A stretch of 64,000 bases of DNA from Candidatus Latescibacterota bacterium. Lineage in GTDB: Bacteria > Latescibacterota > UBA2968 > GCA-2709665. Shown piece after piece: positions 18,579 to 28,515 of the stretch. The stretch spans positions 352,001-416,000 of the forward strand of contig CAXXXF010000003.1 in NCBI GenBank assembly GCA_963667175.2. The letters are read 5' to 3'. The position numbers were made by a program, and so were the translations under genes. The first letter of the stretch is position 1, and the number at the start of each line of letters is the position of its first letter. The notes beneath the pieces were generated by a model. It made no database searches and was not told the DNA's origin. It saw nothing but the letters and a program-made list of their open reading frames with translations.

Positions 18579-19079
18579 ATGACAAGTATCGCTTTTCCAC
18601 CAACAGTGATGGCATTCAATCAGGGGATGGCAGGCATTGATGTACCTTGGGTTAGCGGGGAGGTTAGAGAAAAAGGCGTCAAATCCTTTGTCAAGATCGC
18701 GAGTGAAATGAACAGGGATACGAAGCGACATATCGCGTTCCTGCGAAACACGTACAAAGAGGCGGTTAAGTATCCCGATAGAATTAAGCGCCTGATGCCC
18801 TATCAGGACATAGACGCGTCCGTCGAGTATATGGAAAATATCGAGGAAATGTTAAAGAACAGCCTGAAGACTTTCGGCCGGCTTCTCAATAGCGCCGGGC
18901 CGGAAACCGACAGCAGGAAGGTAGACGCGCTAAGTTCTTTGATAGAATCCATTAAAGCGATGATTGGAATGTGCCAGGACCTTCGATGGCATGTGATGAT
19001 TCACGAGGCTCAGAACGAACCTGCGTCAGAAAACGTCTGCGAGTCGCCGGAGGAATTTCTGAAAAAGCTGTGGGAATGA
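18579..19079 (+). CDS. Hypothetical helical protein, putative antitoxin
   Basis: 166 aa, 4 nt upstream of the RelE-like gene; C-terminal ESPEEFLKKL resembles toxin-binding tails; low GC. Confidence 0.55.
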   Translation: MTSIAFPPTVMAFNQGMAGIDVPWVSGEVREKGVKSFVKIASEMNRDTKRHIAFLRNTYKEAVKYPDRIKRLMPYQDIDASVEYMENIEEMLKNSLKTFGRLLNSAGPETDSRKVDALSSLIESIKAMIGMCQDLRWHVMIHEAQNEPASENVCESPEEFLKKLWE

Positions 19080-19083
19080 TGGA

Positions 19084-19386
19084 ATGGCAAACCACCAGCA
19101 TTTGCCGATCAGATTGGAAGAGCCGAGCAGGAGATTCGCCAGACAAGCCCGAAAGTTGCCCCCGCAGGTACGAGAAAACCTATCCGATACAATAAAGGAA
19201 CTTGCAACCAATACACTGGGAAAAGGCAGAAGATTCGAATCAGTGGCCGGTTACGATGATGTTTTCAGCATCAGGTTGGACAGAAAGTATAGAGTAGCCA
19301 TAAAAATCCTCGACGCCGGGATAGGCCGCCTTCTCATTGTCGGGAAACATGACGTCGTATACGAGTCTCTGAATCGCGCCAGGTAA
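19084..19386 (+). CDS. RelE/ParE-superfamily toxin
   Basis: 100 aa basic protein; RRFARQARKLP..FSIRLDRKYRV....LLIVGKHDVVY. Confidence 0.8.
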   Translation: MANHQHLPIRLEEPSRRFARQARKLPPQVRENLSDTIKELATNTLGKGRRFESVAGYDDVFSIRLDRKYRVAIKILDAGIGRLLIVGKHDVVYESLNRAR

Positions 19387-19610
19387 ATCCACGCTTAGAT
19401 TTACGCTCCTTTATTGTTCCACGCCTCCTGCACGACTCCCGAATGTCATTCACAGTCAAATCTGCTCAAGCGTCTCCGCGACCCTCAACAAGTCTCCGCG
19501 CCCTTTCTCTACGTCCCACGATTCTAAACACCCTTAACCACCTCTGCCACCTGCAACCTGCATTCCGACGTTACCCCCCCGGACAACAATCATCGTCGCG
19601 AGACGATGAT

Positions 19611-21035
19611 GGGAATGTACCTATCTTAGTTGAAATAGAAGAGGCTCCGATGTAAATTGGATACAGTAGTCCCGAGTAGAATACTGTATCCTCATACGAA
19701 AGGAGCCTGTAATGAGCAAGGTATCATCGAAGTCTCGTGAAGTCAAGTTGAACACGGAAGGTGTTGTGAGTTCCAGGGCGGTCTCCGCAGGTATGCTGGA
19801 GGATGTTGACGTCCGTGTGGCCTTGATCCAGTCGCTGATCCCTCTGGGTCTGGCCGCCGTGGAAGAAATCTTGCAGAATGAGGTCGCCGCGTTGACGGGC
19901 AAGAGATACAGTCGTAAAGCAGACAAGGCCCCGAATCGCCGGTGGGGCGTGCAACGTGGATCGGTGTATCTATCGGACCAGAAAGTGCCCGTGGCGGTAC
20001 CGAGGGTGCGCGACGTGGAAGCCAATGAGGAGGTGCCTCTACAGGCGTATCGCCGCTTGCAGCGCCCCAGAGACATGGACGAAGGGTTGCTGCTTCGCGT
20101 TCTGGGCGGCCTTGCCACGCGTTCTTACGCCAGTTGCGCAGAGGCGGTACCCGAGGCGTTTGGCTTGTCTTCGTCGACGGTCTCGAAGCGGTTCATAAAG
20201 ACATCAGCGGCCAAGCTGAGGCAGTTTCAAGAACGGTCGCTTGCCGGCTATGACCTGGTGGGGCTGTTTATGGATGGCAAGACCTTTGCCGATCAGCAAA
20301 TGATCATCGCCCTTGGCGTGACAATCGACGGGGACAAGGTCCCGCTGGGGTTCGTGCAGGCCGCCAGTGAAAATGAGCGCGTGTGCCGGCAGTTTGTCAA
20401 TTCGCTCATCGATCGCGGACTGCAGTATCACCAGGGGCTGCTGTGCCTCATCGACGGCTCGAAGGGGTTGCGGACCGCGCTGACCAAGGCCCTATCCGGA
20501 TACGTCGCCATTCAACGCTGCCAGTGGCACAAACGGGAAAACGTGATCGCCTATCTGCCAAAATCACAGCAGGATGAGGTCAGAAAGGCCCTCCACGATG
20601 CGTACGACAAGGAGACCTACAACGAAGCCAAAGCCGCGCTACAGGCCCTCAAACCCTCCCTGGCGCTGAGGAACGCATCGGCACTGAACAGCCTCGAGGA
20701 AGGGCTCGAAGAAACCCTCACCCTCCATCGGCTGGGGCTCATGCCACAGCTCAAACAATCGTTCCGCACCACCAACTGTATCGAATCCCTCAACGCCATG
20801 GTCGCTCAGCGCACACGAAATGTAAAACGATGGAACAACTCCGATCAGCGATATCGGTGGTTGGCAGCCGCGCTGTTAGACATCGAGCCACGACTGCGGA
20901 GAATCAAAGGATACCGCTTTCTTCCTATACTCAGACTTGCCCTACAAAAACACCTCAACCTCGATCACGACGCGCAAGAGGCTTTCGCCGCCGACTAAAC
21001 GCCTCTCCCGTTTCAACTAAAAATAGTACTTGCCC
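19611..21035 (+). mobile_element. IS256-family insertion sequence
   Basis: ~35-bp imperfect IRs (left GGGAATGTACCTATCTTAGTTGAAATAGAAGAGGC; right reverse complement GGGCAAGTACTATTTTTAGTTGAAACGGGAGAGGC). Confidence 0.88.
19712..20998 (+). CDS. IS256-family (Mutator-like) DDE transposase
   Basis: VPRVRD, LFMDGK, LIDGSKGL, QRCQWHKREN, RTTNCIES. Confidence 0.93.
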   Translation: MSKVSSKSREVKLNTEGVVSSRAVSAGMLEDVDVRVALIQSLIPLGLAAVEEILQNEVAALTGKRYSRKADKAPNRRWGVQRGSVYLSDQKVPVAVPRVRDVEANEEVPLQAYRRLQRPRDMDEGLLLRVLGGLATRSYASCAEAVPEAFGLSSSTVSKRFIKTSAAKLRQFQERSLAGYDLVGLFMDGKTFADQQMIIALGVTIDGDKVPLGFVQAASENERVCRQFVNSLIDRGLQYHQGLLCLIDGSKGLRTALTKALSGYVAIQRCQWHKRENVIAYLPKSQQDEVRKALHDAYDKETYNEAKAALQALKPSLALRNASALNSLEEGLEETLTLHRLGLMPQLKQSFRTTNCIESLNAMVAQRTRNVKRWNNSDQRYRWLAAALLDIEPRLRRIKGYRFLPILRLALQKHLNLDHDAQEAFAAD

Positions 21036-21518
21036 GTCGCGAGTTCTACTATGGGTTGTTATTCCCTTATGGGAGGCATGGTGTGACTCTGAGCCTGTGG
21101 TGGTGTCCTGAGCTCGTCCAAGGGTGGCGAAAAGCTGGCTCGTTGACAGACCGTACCGAGTAGCTCATCGTTAACGACGCATTGAGACCGCTGGTTTCGG
21201 CGGCCTGTTACAATCTATTCCTTTCAGGAATATAATCTATATTAACTATTCGTTTTTATATTGTATTAAATTCGCCTAGATTGAACCCGGATGTTCTGTG
21301 GCAATACACGAATCGTAAAGATTGCAACGCCTACTCGACGGGAACATGGGCAGGCGTGTTAGTAAGTTCATCATACGCAATGACGACGTTTCTGTTAGCT
21401 CTGTGCAAGCGGTGCAAGGAGCACAAGCAATACGGCCCGCGTCAGCAATGCAGGAAGGACGAGCCATAACCATCAAACGGATGTGACAATGGTCATGCAT
21501 AATGGGAGGGCAAGCAAA

Positions 21519-21935
21519 ATGAGGTTAGCGCTGTTAGGAATTTTGGCGATGCTCTGCGGCTGTAGGACGATGGTTCCCAGGTTCTACATAGATCGCGCAA
21601 TTTCGAAATACGAGGCAGTGGCAGACCATATAGAATTGGGAGATAGCATTGAGCAAGTGTTGGCGATCCTCGAGCCGACACAGGAAGGACTGCCGAGATC
21701 CGCGCGCAAAAGTCCCGAAAAATACATCAAGTATGGTGTTAAGGTCGAGATACACTTCGCGAGGGCATCGCGCCAGCCGGACGGCCGTACTACAGATGAT
21801 GAATTCGTGCCGTATCTCTTCAACGATGGCAAGCTTGTCGGGATCGGCTGGATCTTGCTGGGCGGCCCGACGACTCGGGGGCAAAAAACGCCAAGTATCA
21901 ATATCCAAGAGCAAGACACCTCAATCGTGTTTTAA
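21519..21935 (+). CDS. DUF3192-like lipoprotein
   Basis: Lipobox LCGC; DGRTTDDEFVPYLFNDGKLVGIGW resembles the DUF3192 core. Confidence 0.6.
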   Translation: MRLALLGILAMLCGCRTMVPRFYIDRAISKYEAVADHIELGDSIEQVLAILEPTQEGLPRSARKSPEKYIKYGVKVEIHFARASRQPDGRTTDDEFVPYLFNDGKLVGIGWILLGGPTTRGQKTPSINIQEQDTSIVF

Positions 21936-22044
21936 CGAGTTATAGAGGGCTCCGACATCGCGTAGTTTGCCTCACTTGCCTTTGTATGCACGCGTATACG
22001 GTAAAACGAGTCCATTTTGACGCAGATCGGGAAGGACGGGCTTT

Positions 22045-22656
22045 ATGTCTTTGGGTCACTGCAGTGCCGAGGGATATCTGAGGTTTGACACACGCGAGTT
22101 TTTCGAGGAGACCGCACGTCTCGCTGTCGATTTGGCCGAAGGAACTGGCGAATCGAATGTGAAATTGCTGTGGCTCCTTATTTTTTCCCATAATTTGCTC
22201 CAAAGTGCAATGGTAAATGTCCTGCGTGGAAGTGCCAATGTCGGCGCTCTTGACAAGAAATCGCAAAAGGAACACATCAGGTGGTTAAACGAAACCCGCA
22301 ACGGACAAGACAGTGCTGAGCCGCCGAGCAAGTCTCGCCTCGCTGACTTTAAGTCCCTCCTGATGCGCGTTCAAGATGGTCAATGGATTTGCCCCCCGTT
22401 GCAATTGGATCAACAACGGCGAAAGGAACTGGATTCATTAAACAAGTACAGGAACGAATTCATACACTTTATCGATTGCAGTTGGTCTTTGCATGTTGAT
22501 GATGTTCGTGCACCAATACTCGCTTCCCTTGAGGTGACGGGCGAAGTCCTGCAACACAATGAAAGCTGGCGCTGGACGTCGGAGGACGGATTTACGCAAC
22601 GCGTCAACGAGTACTTGGCCAAGATCAGGAATTGTGTTGGAAAATTCGATGCCTGA
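22045..22656 (+). CDS. Hypothetical protein, putative HEPN-domain RNase
   Basis: Predominantly helical; LNKYRNEFIHF contains Rx4H in the C-terminal third. Confidence 0.6.
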   Translation: MSLGHCSAEGYLRFDTREFFEETARLAVDLAEGTGESNVKLLWLLIFSHNLLQSAMVNVLRGSANVGALDKKSQKEHIRWLNETRNGQDSAEPPSKSRLADFKSLLMRVQDGQWICPPLQLDQQRRKELDSLNKYRNEFIHFIDCSWSLHVDDVRAPILASLEVTGEVLQHNESWRWTSEDGFTQRVNEYLAKIRNCVGKFDA

Positions 22657-22869
22657 AATTCTGAGGTAAATTCCTCGACTCGCGATATGGAAATCGAACT
22701 CAACCGGAAAGACGTATGGCCCGAGGGTCGCGAATCCACGTTGCCGTGGGAGCTTGTCCGGATGGAAATTGCGAAGCATATCTGGGACAGCCGACAAAGC
22801 TCGAAGTTAACGGCATTCGAATACGCCTCTCGCGCCTCGCGGATCCACAAGTGAAGGAAAGGACGATAA

Positions 22870-25098
22870 ATGCCAACAGCGAAAATCACCTGGACGAAGA
22901 TCGACGAAGCCCCCGCGCTGGCCACCTGCGCGTTACTGCCGATTCTCCAGTCGTACACCCGGGGGTCCGGCATCGAAGTCGAACAGAGCGACATTTCTCT
23001 TGCCGGCCGGATCATCGCCAACTTCCCCGAAAACCTCACCGAAGCGCAGCGGATTCCGGACTGCCTGGATGAACTGGGCGCCCTGGCCAGGAAACCCGAG
23101 GCCAATATTCTCAAGCTGCCCAACATCAGCGCCACGGTCCCGCAGCTGAAGGCGGCAATCGGGGAGTTGCAGGCAAAAGGATACGATATTCCGGACTATC
23201 CCGACGAGCCCCGGAACGACGCGGAGAAGGCACTGCAGTCCCGCTTTTCCGCGGTGCTCGGTTCCGCGGTCAATCCGGTTCTTCGTGAGGGGAACTCGGA
23301 CCGGCGCGCCGCAACATCGGTCAAAGAGTTCTCTCGGAAACATCCCCACAGGATGATGCGGCCGTGGCCGGCGTCCGGGTCCAGGGCCCGGGTTGCCCAC
23401 ATGACGGGCGGGGATTTCTTCGAGAGTGAGAAATCCAGCACGATGTCCGCCGCGACAAGCGTGCGGATCGAGTTCGTGGCCGCCGACGGGAGGGTCACCG
23501 CGCTCAAGGACGGGATATCTCTGGAGGCCGGAGAGGTGGTCGACACCGCGGTGATGAACGTAGGAGCCCTCCGGCGGTTCTTTTCGGAACAGATGGACGC
23601 CGCGGCACGGGAAGGGGCGCTGCTGTCCCTGCATCTCAAATCCACGATGATGAAGGTCTCCGATCCCATTATGTTCGGCCACTGTGTCTCGGTCTATTTC
23701 CGGGATGCGCTGGAAAAACACGCCGCCGCACTGGAATCAATCGGCGTTGATCCCAAATACGGCCTTGCCGACGTGCTGGAAAGGCTCGAGCGCCTGCCGG
23801 CAGACGTAAAGGCCGGTATCGAGGCCGATATCTCCGCCGTTTACGACAGCCGACCCGGCCTGGCGATGGTCGATTCGGATCGCGGCATCACCAATCTCCA
23901 TATGCCGAACGACGTCATTATCGATGCCTCGATGCCCAACGTGGTCCGCGACGGAGGCAAAATGTGGAACCGGGAGGGCGAACTGCAGGATGCGATCGCC
24001 ATGGTGCCGGACCGGTGCTATGCGACCATGTATAAGGAGATTCTGGAAGACGCGAAGGCGCGGGGGCAGTTCGACCCCTCTACAATGGGCAGTGTGTCCA
24101 ACGTGGGTCTGATGGCGCAGAAGGCTGAGGAGTACGGGTCCCACGACAAGACCTTCGAAGCCCGCGGCGCCGGAGAGATTCGGGTCGTCGACCCAACCGG
24201 GAAGGCGCTGATGGAACAGAGGGTCGAGACCGGAGACATCTTCCGGATGTGCCAGACCAGGGATGCCGCGATCAGGGATTGGGTCGGCCTGGCAATAGGG
24301 CGGGCGAGCGCCACCGCCGCGCCTGTGGTGTTCTGGCTGGACGAGCGCCGGGCGCACGATGCCGAAATCATCGGGAAGCTGAACGCCTGTCTGCCGGACC
24401 ACGACGCCGCGGGTCTGGACGTCCGCGTGATGAAGCCGCAGGACGCGATGCGGTTTTCCCTGCAACGGATACGTCGGGGGGAAGATACGATTGCGGCAAC
24501 GGGCAACGTGCTGCGTGACTATCTGACGGATCTCTTCCCCATACTGGAACTCGGGACCAGCGCGAGGATGCTGTCGATCGTCAGGTTGATGAACGGAGGG
24601 GGGTTGTTCGAAACCGGGGCGGGCGGATCGGCGCCCAAGCACGTCCAGCAGTTTCTGAAAGAGGGCCATCTGAGGTGGGATTCGCTGGGCGAATATTGCG
24701 CCCTCGTGCCCTCGTTTCGTCTGATCGCCGAAACTGCCGCGAACGCAAAGGCCACCGTGTTCGCGGATACGCTGGACCGGGCGATTACGAAGTACCTGGA
24801 GAACTCGCGGTCTCCGTCTCGCAAGGTAAATGAAATCGACAACCGGGGCAGCACCTTCTATCTCGCCATGTACTGGGCGCAGGCCCTCGCGGAACAGGAC
24901 GCCGACGCGGAACTCAAAGCGCGGTTCGGGAAAATTGCGGGAAAGCTGGAGGAGAATGAGGACCGGATTACGGCGGAACTGCTTGCCGCTCAAGGCGCCC
25001 CGGTCGAACTTGGCGGCTATTACGCGCCAGACCCGGAATTGACCGGCCGGGCCATGCGTCCCAGCCGGACCTTCAACGCCATTATAGACGACGCGTAA
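22870..25098 (+). CDS. icd: Monomeric NADP-dependent isocitrate dehydrogenase
   Basis: [59 protein letters not shown]; 742 aa. Confidence 0.96.
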   Translation: MPTAKITWTKIDEAPALATCALLPILQSYTRGSGIEVEQSDISLAGRIIANFPENLTEAQRIPDCLDELGALARKPEANILKLPNISATVPQLKAAIGELQAKGYDIPDYPDEPRNDAEKALQSRFSAVLGSAVNPVLREGNSDRRAATSVKEFSRKHPHRMMRPWPASGSRARVAHMTGGDFFESEKSSTMSAATSVRIEFVAADGRVTALKDGISLEAGEVVDTAVMNVGALRRFFSEQMDAAAREGALLSLHLKSTMMKVSDPIMFGHCVSVYFRDALEKHAAALESIGVDPKYGLADVLERLERLPADVKAGIEADISAVYDSRPGLAMVDSDRGITNLHMPNDVIIDASMPNVVRDGGKMWNREGELQDAIAMVPDRCYATMYKEILEDAKARGQFDPSTMGSVSNVGLMAQKAEEYGSHDKTFEARGAGEIRVVDPTGKALMEQRVETGDIFRMCQTRDAAIRDWVGLAIGRASATAAPVVFWLDERRAHDAEIIGKLNACLPDHDAAGLDVRVMKPQDAMRFSLQRIRRGEDTIAATGNVLRDYLTDLFPILELGTSARMLSIVRLMNGGGLFETGAGGSAPKHVQQFLKEGHLRWDSLGEYCALVPSFRLIAETAANAKATVFADTLDRAITKYLENSRSPSRKVNEIDNRGSTFYLAMYWAQALAEQDADAELKARFGKIAGKLEENEDRITAELLAAQGAPVELGGYYAPDPELTGRAMRPSRTFNAIIDDA

Positions 25099-26578
25099 AC
25101 TGCGACCTGAGCGGCCTGCGCTGGCTCCGGAGAGCCGGATCGACGGGGTCAGGCGCCGCCGCTCCGTTTTTCCCCTCGTAGACCTTTGCCGCGCTCAGCG
25201 CTTCCTGCAAGGCGGCCAGCGGCTGATCCGCGCCGGGGTACCGGTCGGCGTGCGTGGGGCCGTTTTCCAGCTTGAGCACGCCGCGCGGGCAGACGGCCGA
25301 GCAGATGCCGCATCCCACGCAGGACGCACGTACGATGTTCTCGCCGCGCTGGGCGTACGCCCGGACGTCGATGCCCATCTCGCAGTAGGTGGAGCAGTTG
25401 CCGCAGGACATGCACTGGCCGCCGTTGGTTGTGATGCGGAAACGGGAGAAGAAACGCTGAAAGATTCCCAGTATAGCGGCCATGGGGCAGCCGAAGCGGC
25501 ACCAGACCCTGCTTCCCATCAGCGGATAGAAGCCCACGCCGATAACGCCGGAAAACAGGGCCCCAACGTAGAAGCCGTACGCGCTGGCCAGCGGGCCCGA
25601 AAGGCGGCCGAAGACGCGGCCCTCGGTGGCGGAGTTGACCCAGAGCGCGATGGTGGTGACGGTGATGAAGATAAGGACGGAATAGATGATGCCCCGTTCG
25701 ATCCGCCACGAGCGGGTCGTCTTGCTGGACAGCTGGCGGAAGGGATCGCCCAGGGTCTCGGCGAGGCCGCCGCAGCCGCAGACCCAGGAGCAGTACCAGC
25801 GTTTTCCGTACAAGTACGTGAGTACGGGCGTGGCGATGAAGGTGGCCACGGCGCCCCAGAAGACCATAAAGACGCCGAGCGCGCCTGGATGGCTGGTCAG
25901 GCTGTCTACCGTGGAGGGAAAGAGGTAGTCGTATTTGAGCGGCCAGAAGTAGGTGAAATAGAATTCCGGCTGGTTGAAGCTCTTGAGTAGCTGCGGAATG
26001 AGAAAGGCGAAGCCGAGCTGGAAGAACATGACGGATGCGGTGCGGATGATCTGGTAGCGGTTATGGCGGTACTTCATGAACATGCGTACGCCGAACACGA
26101 GGATGGCGAGCGTGTACAGGAAACCATAGAAGAACCAGCGGTCCGCCGGACCTCCGGCCAGGGCGTGGGACAGAGGGTCCACCAGTCTGACGCCGCGTTC
26201 CAGGTACTCGGGCCACCAATAGAGCACGACGTAGAATCCGGTGATGGCAATCCCGAGGCCCCATCCGATAAGACCCAGATGGGTTGCACTGCCGAACATG
26301 ATGCCGTCGTGCTTGATTCCCGGGACGGTGTTCCTGTATGCGAACCAGAAATACGCGGCCGATCCCAGCACGATGAGGCCGAAGCTGAGCAGGATGCCGG
26401 CCCAGGTGCCGGAGAGCGGACCGAGCAGCGTGACGATGAGGGCCAGGAATCCGAGCGCGACGGCCGCAATGGAAAGCCGTTCCGGCCACGACGCCGGAGG
26501 CGTCGGTTGCGCGGGCGGTTCCTCGAATCCCAGCGTTTCCTCGTCGAAGTCGTAGTCCAGGGTGGCGGTATCGATCAT
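25082..26578 (-). CDS. Membrane 4Fe-4S-binding (polyferredoxin-like) protein
   Basis: [40 protein letters not shown]; multiple TM helices. Confidence 0.9.
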   Translation of the reverse strand: MIDTATLDYDFDEETLGFEEPPAQPTPPASWPERLSIAAVALGFLALIVTLLGPLSGTWAGILLSFGLIVLGSAAYFWFAYRNTVPGIKHDGIMFGSATHLGLIGWGLGIAITGFYVVLYWWPEYLERGVRLVDPLSHALAGGPADRWFFYGFLYTLAILVFGVRMFMKYRHNRYQIIRTASVMFFQLGFAFLIPQLLKSFNQPEFYFTYFWPLKYDYLFPSTVDSLTSHPGALGVFMVFWGAVATFIATPVLTYLYGKRWYCSWVCGCGGLAETLGDPFRQLSSKTTRSWRIERGIIYSVLIFITVTTIALWVNSATEGRVFGRLSGPLASAYGFYVGALFSGVIGVGFYPLMGSRVWCRFGCPMAAILGIFQRFFSRFRITTNGGQCMSCGNCSTYCEMGIDVRAYAQRGENIVRASCVGCGICSAVCPRGVLKLENGPTHADRYPGADQPLAALQEALSAAKVYEGKNGAAAPDPVDPALRSQRRPLRSQFTRRL

Positions 26579-27843
26579 GACATTTGCTCCCTGAGGGCGG
26601 GTACGATGTCGGATTCGTGCCGGTCGAAGAACTCGGGGTCAAAGTTGGCCTTCGCCAGGTTGTCCAGCACGAAGTCGACCGGGCGCTGTTCCGAAATCCA
26701 GCGTTCGCAGACGTCGTGGCGGTAGCGGATGCCCATGAGGTTGACACCGATCACGCCCTCTTCGGCGTATACGATACGTAGCGACTGCAACTGTTCCGGG
26801 TGTCGCCAGAAAAGATTCCTCTCGCCAGGCACGTTGAGGTTGACGCGGCCGTAGACCTGGTATTCGAGGTCCAGAAACTTGGCCGAATTGTACCAGATGC
26901 CCGGATCGTAGGTACGGTCTTCGCCCGCGAGGACGTCGCCCGCGACCTCTCCCTGTTTTTTGCCGGTGTACCAGACCTGCTGGAGCAGGTTCCGTTCGCC
27001 TCCGGTGACGATTTCGGCGCAGTCGCCGGCGGCGTATATGTCCTGAACACTGGTCTGGAAACCGCGATCGACAAGAACGCCCCTGCCGGTTTCGATCTCG
27101 GAGTCCCTGACCAGGTCGATGTTCGGAGAAACGCCGGCGGTCAGACCCACAAACTGGCATTCCAACCGCTCGCCGTCTTCGGTAACGACGCCGCAGACCC
27201 TGCCGCTTCCGTCGTCCAGAATCTCCTTGAGGCTGGTCTTGAGTTTCAGGCCGATGCCCTGTTCCCGGATGATCTCGTTGATCATCCCGGACTCTTCCAT
27301 CGGGAGGATGTTGCTCCAGTAAGACGGTTCGCGCACGAGAAAGGTCACGTGAATATTGCGGGAATGCAGCATTTCGGCGAGTTCGATGCCGATGAGGCCG
27401 CCGCCTACAATCACGGCATGGCGGGTTCCGTTCGCATTATGGTAGAGGCTTCGGAGGTCCTGCAGGGAATAGAGGCCCTGGACGCCTCTGAGGTCCTGTC
27501 CCGGCCAGCCGAATTTGTTGGATTTCGAGCCGGTGGCGATGAGCAGCTTGTCGAAGTGGAAATCACCGCCACGGTGGAGGGTAAGGCATTTCCGGGCCGC
27601 GTCGATCCCGGTGACCCAGTCGCGGCGCAGGTCCAGCCGGTTGATGGACCAGAAGTCGTCTTCGAAGGGTTTTGTGCCCTGGTAGGTCATGTGGCCCATG
27701 AATACGTACATCAGGGCCGGCCGCGAATAGTGGTATTTGGATTCGCCGGAGATGAGCGTGATGCGCCAGTCGGGCTGTTTGCGCCGCAGCCGGATTGCCG
27801 CGGTCACGCCGGTGACGCCGTTGCCGATGATGGCGACGTGCAC
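26575..27843 (-). CDS. FAD/NAD(P)-dependent pyridine nucleotide-disulfide oxidoreductase-family protein
   Basis: HVAIIGNGVTG, LLIATG, VGGGLIGIELAE, YAAGDCA; GTG start with GGAGG RBS; ATGA-coupled to the 4Fe-4S gene. Confidence 0.9.
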   Translation of the reverse strand: MHVAIIGNGVTGVTAAIRLRRKQPDWRITLISGESKYHYSRPALMYVFMGHMTYQGTKPFEDDFWSINRLDLRRDWVTGIDAARKCLTLHRGGDFHFDKLLIATGSKSNKFGWPGQDLRGVQGLYSLQDLRSLYHNANGTRHAVIVGGGLIGIELAEMLHSRNIHVTFLVREPSYWSNILPMEESGMINEIIREQGIGLKLKTSLKEILDDGSGRVCGVVTEDGERLECQFVGLTAGVSPNIDLVRDSEIETGRGVLVDRGFQTSVQDIYAAGDCAEIVTGGERNLLQQVWYTGKKQGEVAGDVLAGEDRTYDPGIWYNSAKFLDLEYQVYGRVNLNVPGERNLFWRHPEQLQSLRIVYAEEGVIGVNLMGIRYRHDVCERWISEQRPVDFVLDNLAKANFDPEFFDRHESDIVPALREQMS

Positions 27844-28039
27844 GGATGCGCCTCCTTGATTTCCCCCTGACGGAGGAGGTCGGCATTCTGCTGACTCCGT
27901 CTGTCTATCGGGATCCCAACGTTCCGTCCGACCATTGAGCGCCGGGAACGAACGGAAATTAACCAATGGGACCGGAAAGTCAAGGATGTATACTCCTTCT
28001 GATTTCCGGTGAAATCTCATGTTCTTTCCCACAATCCCT

Positions 28040-28515
28040 CACGTCTCCCGTCTTACGTCTAACGTCTTCCCGCCGACCTACCCCCTTTCCCCCTCCCACG
28101 GGAAGGGGGGAACGGTGATCCGCTCAGGGTGTCCTGGTTCTGCTTCAAGCTGACAGCCGAAAACTGACGGCTGATCGCTAAAGGCTGTCCTCATCATACA
28201 GGTGTCAATCGGTCTACAATGGAAATTCCCGACCGGAGGACTACCAGAGCAGAGCGCGTTGATCCGTCCAGCTACGCGGATCGATGTTCCTCCGAGGGTG
28301 TCAGGGCAGAGGGTTACGTGCATCCTGTAAGTGTGTTCGCGCTATGCCTGTGGCAGGCCCCGCCTGCCTGCCGGCAGGCAGGCGCCCAGCGGCGACTTTT
28401 GGTTCCTTTTGGTCGCTTCAAAAGGAACCCGCCGGAGGCAGGGAATTTGGGGAAAAGGGGATATTGAATTTGAAGTTGATTCTTGTCTTCGCTTCAAACT
28501 GACCGCTGATCGCTG
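28040..28515. repeat. Composite of REP-like palindromes and heptamer repeats
   Basis: cgtctcc/cgtctta/cgtctaa heptamers; CCCCCTCCCACGGGAAGGGGG; gctgaca/ctgacgg; CCTGCCTGCCGGCAGGCAGG; TTTTGGTTCCTTTTGGTCGCTTCAAAAGGAACC. Confidence 0.6.

Noticed and set aside
21160-21950. Possible integron attC sites around the lipoprotein (GCCATAAC, GTTAG, TAAC..GTTA)
   Set aside because: No extended inverted symmetry between the putative boxes and no integrase
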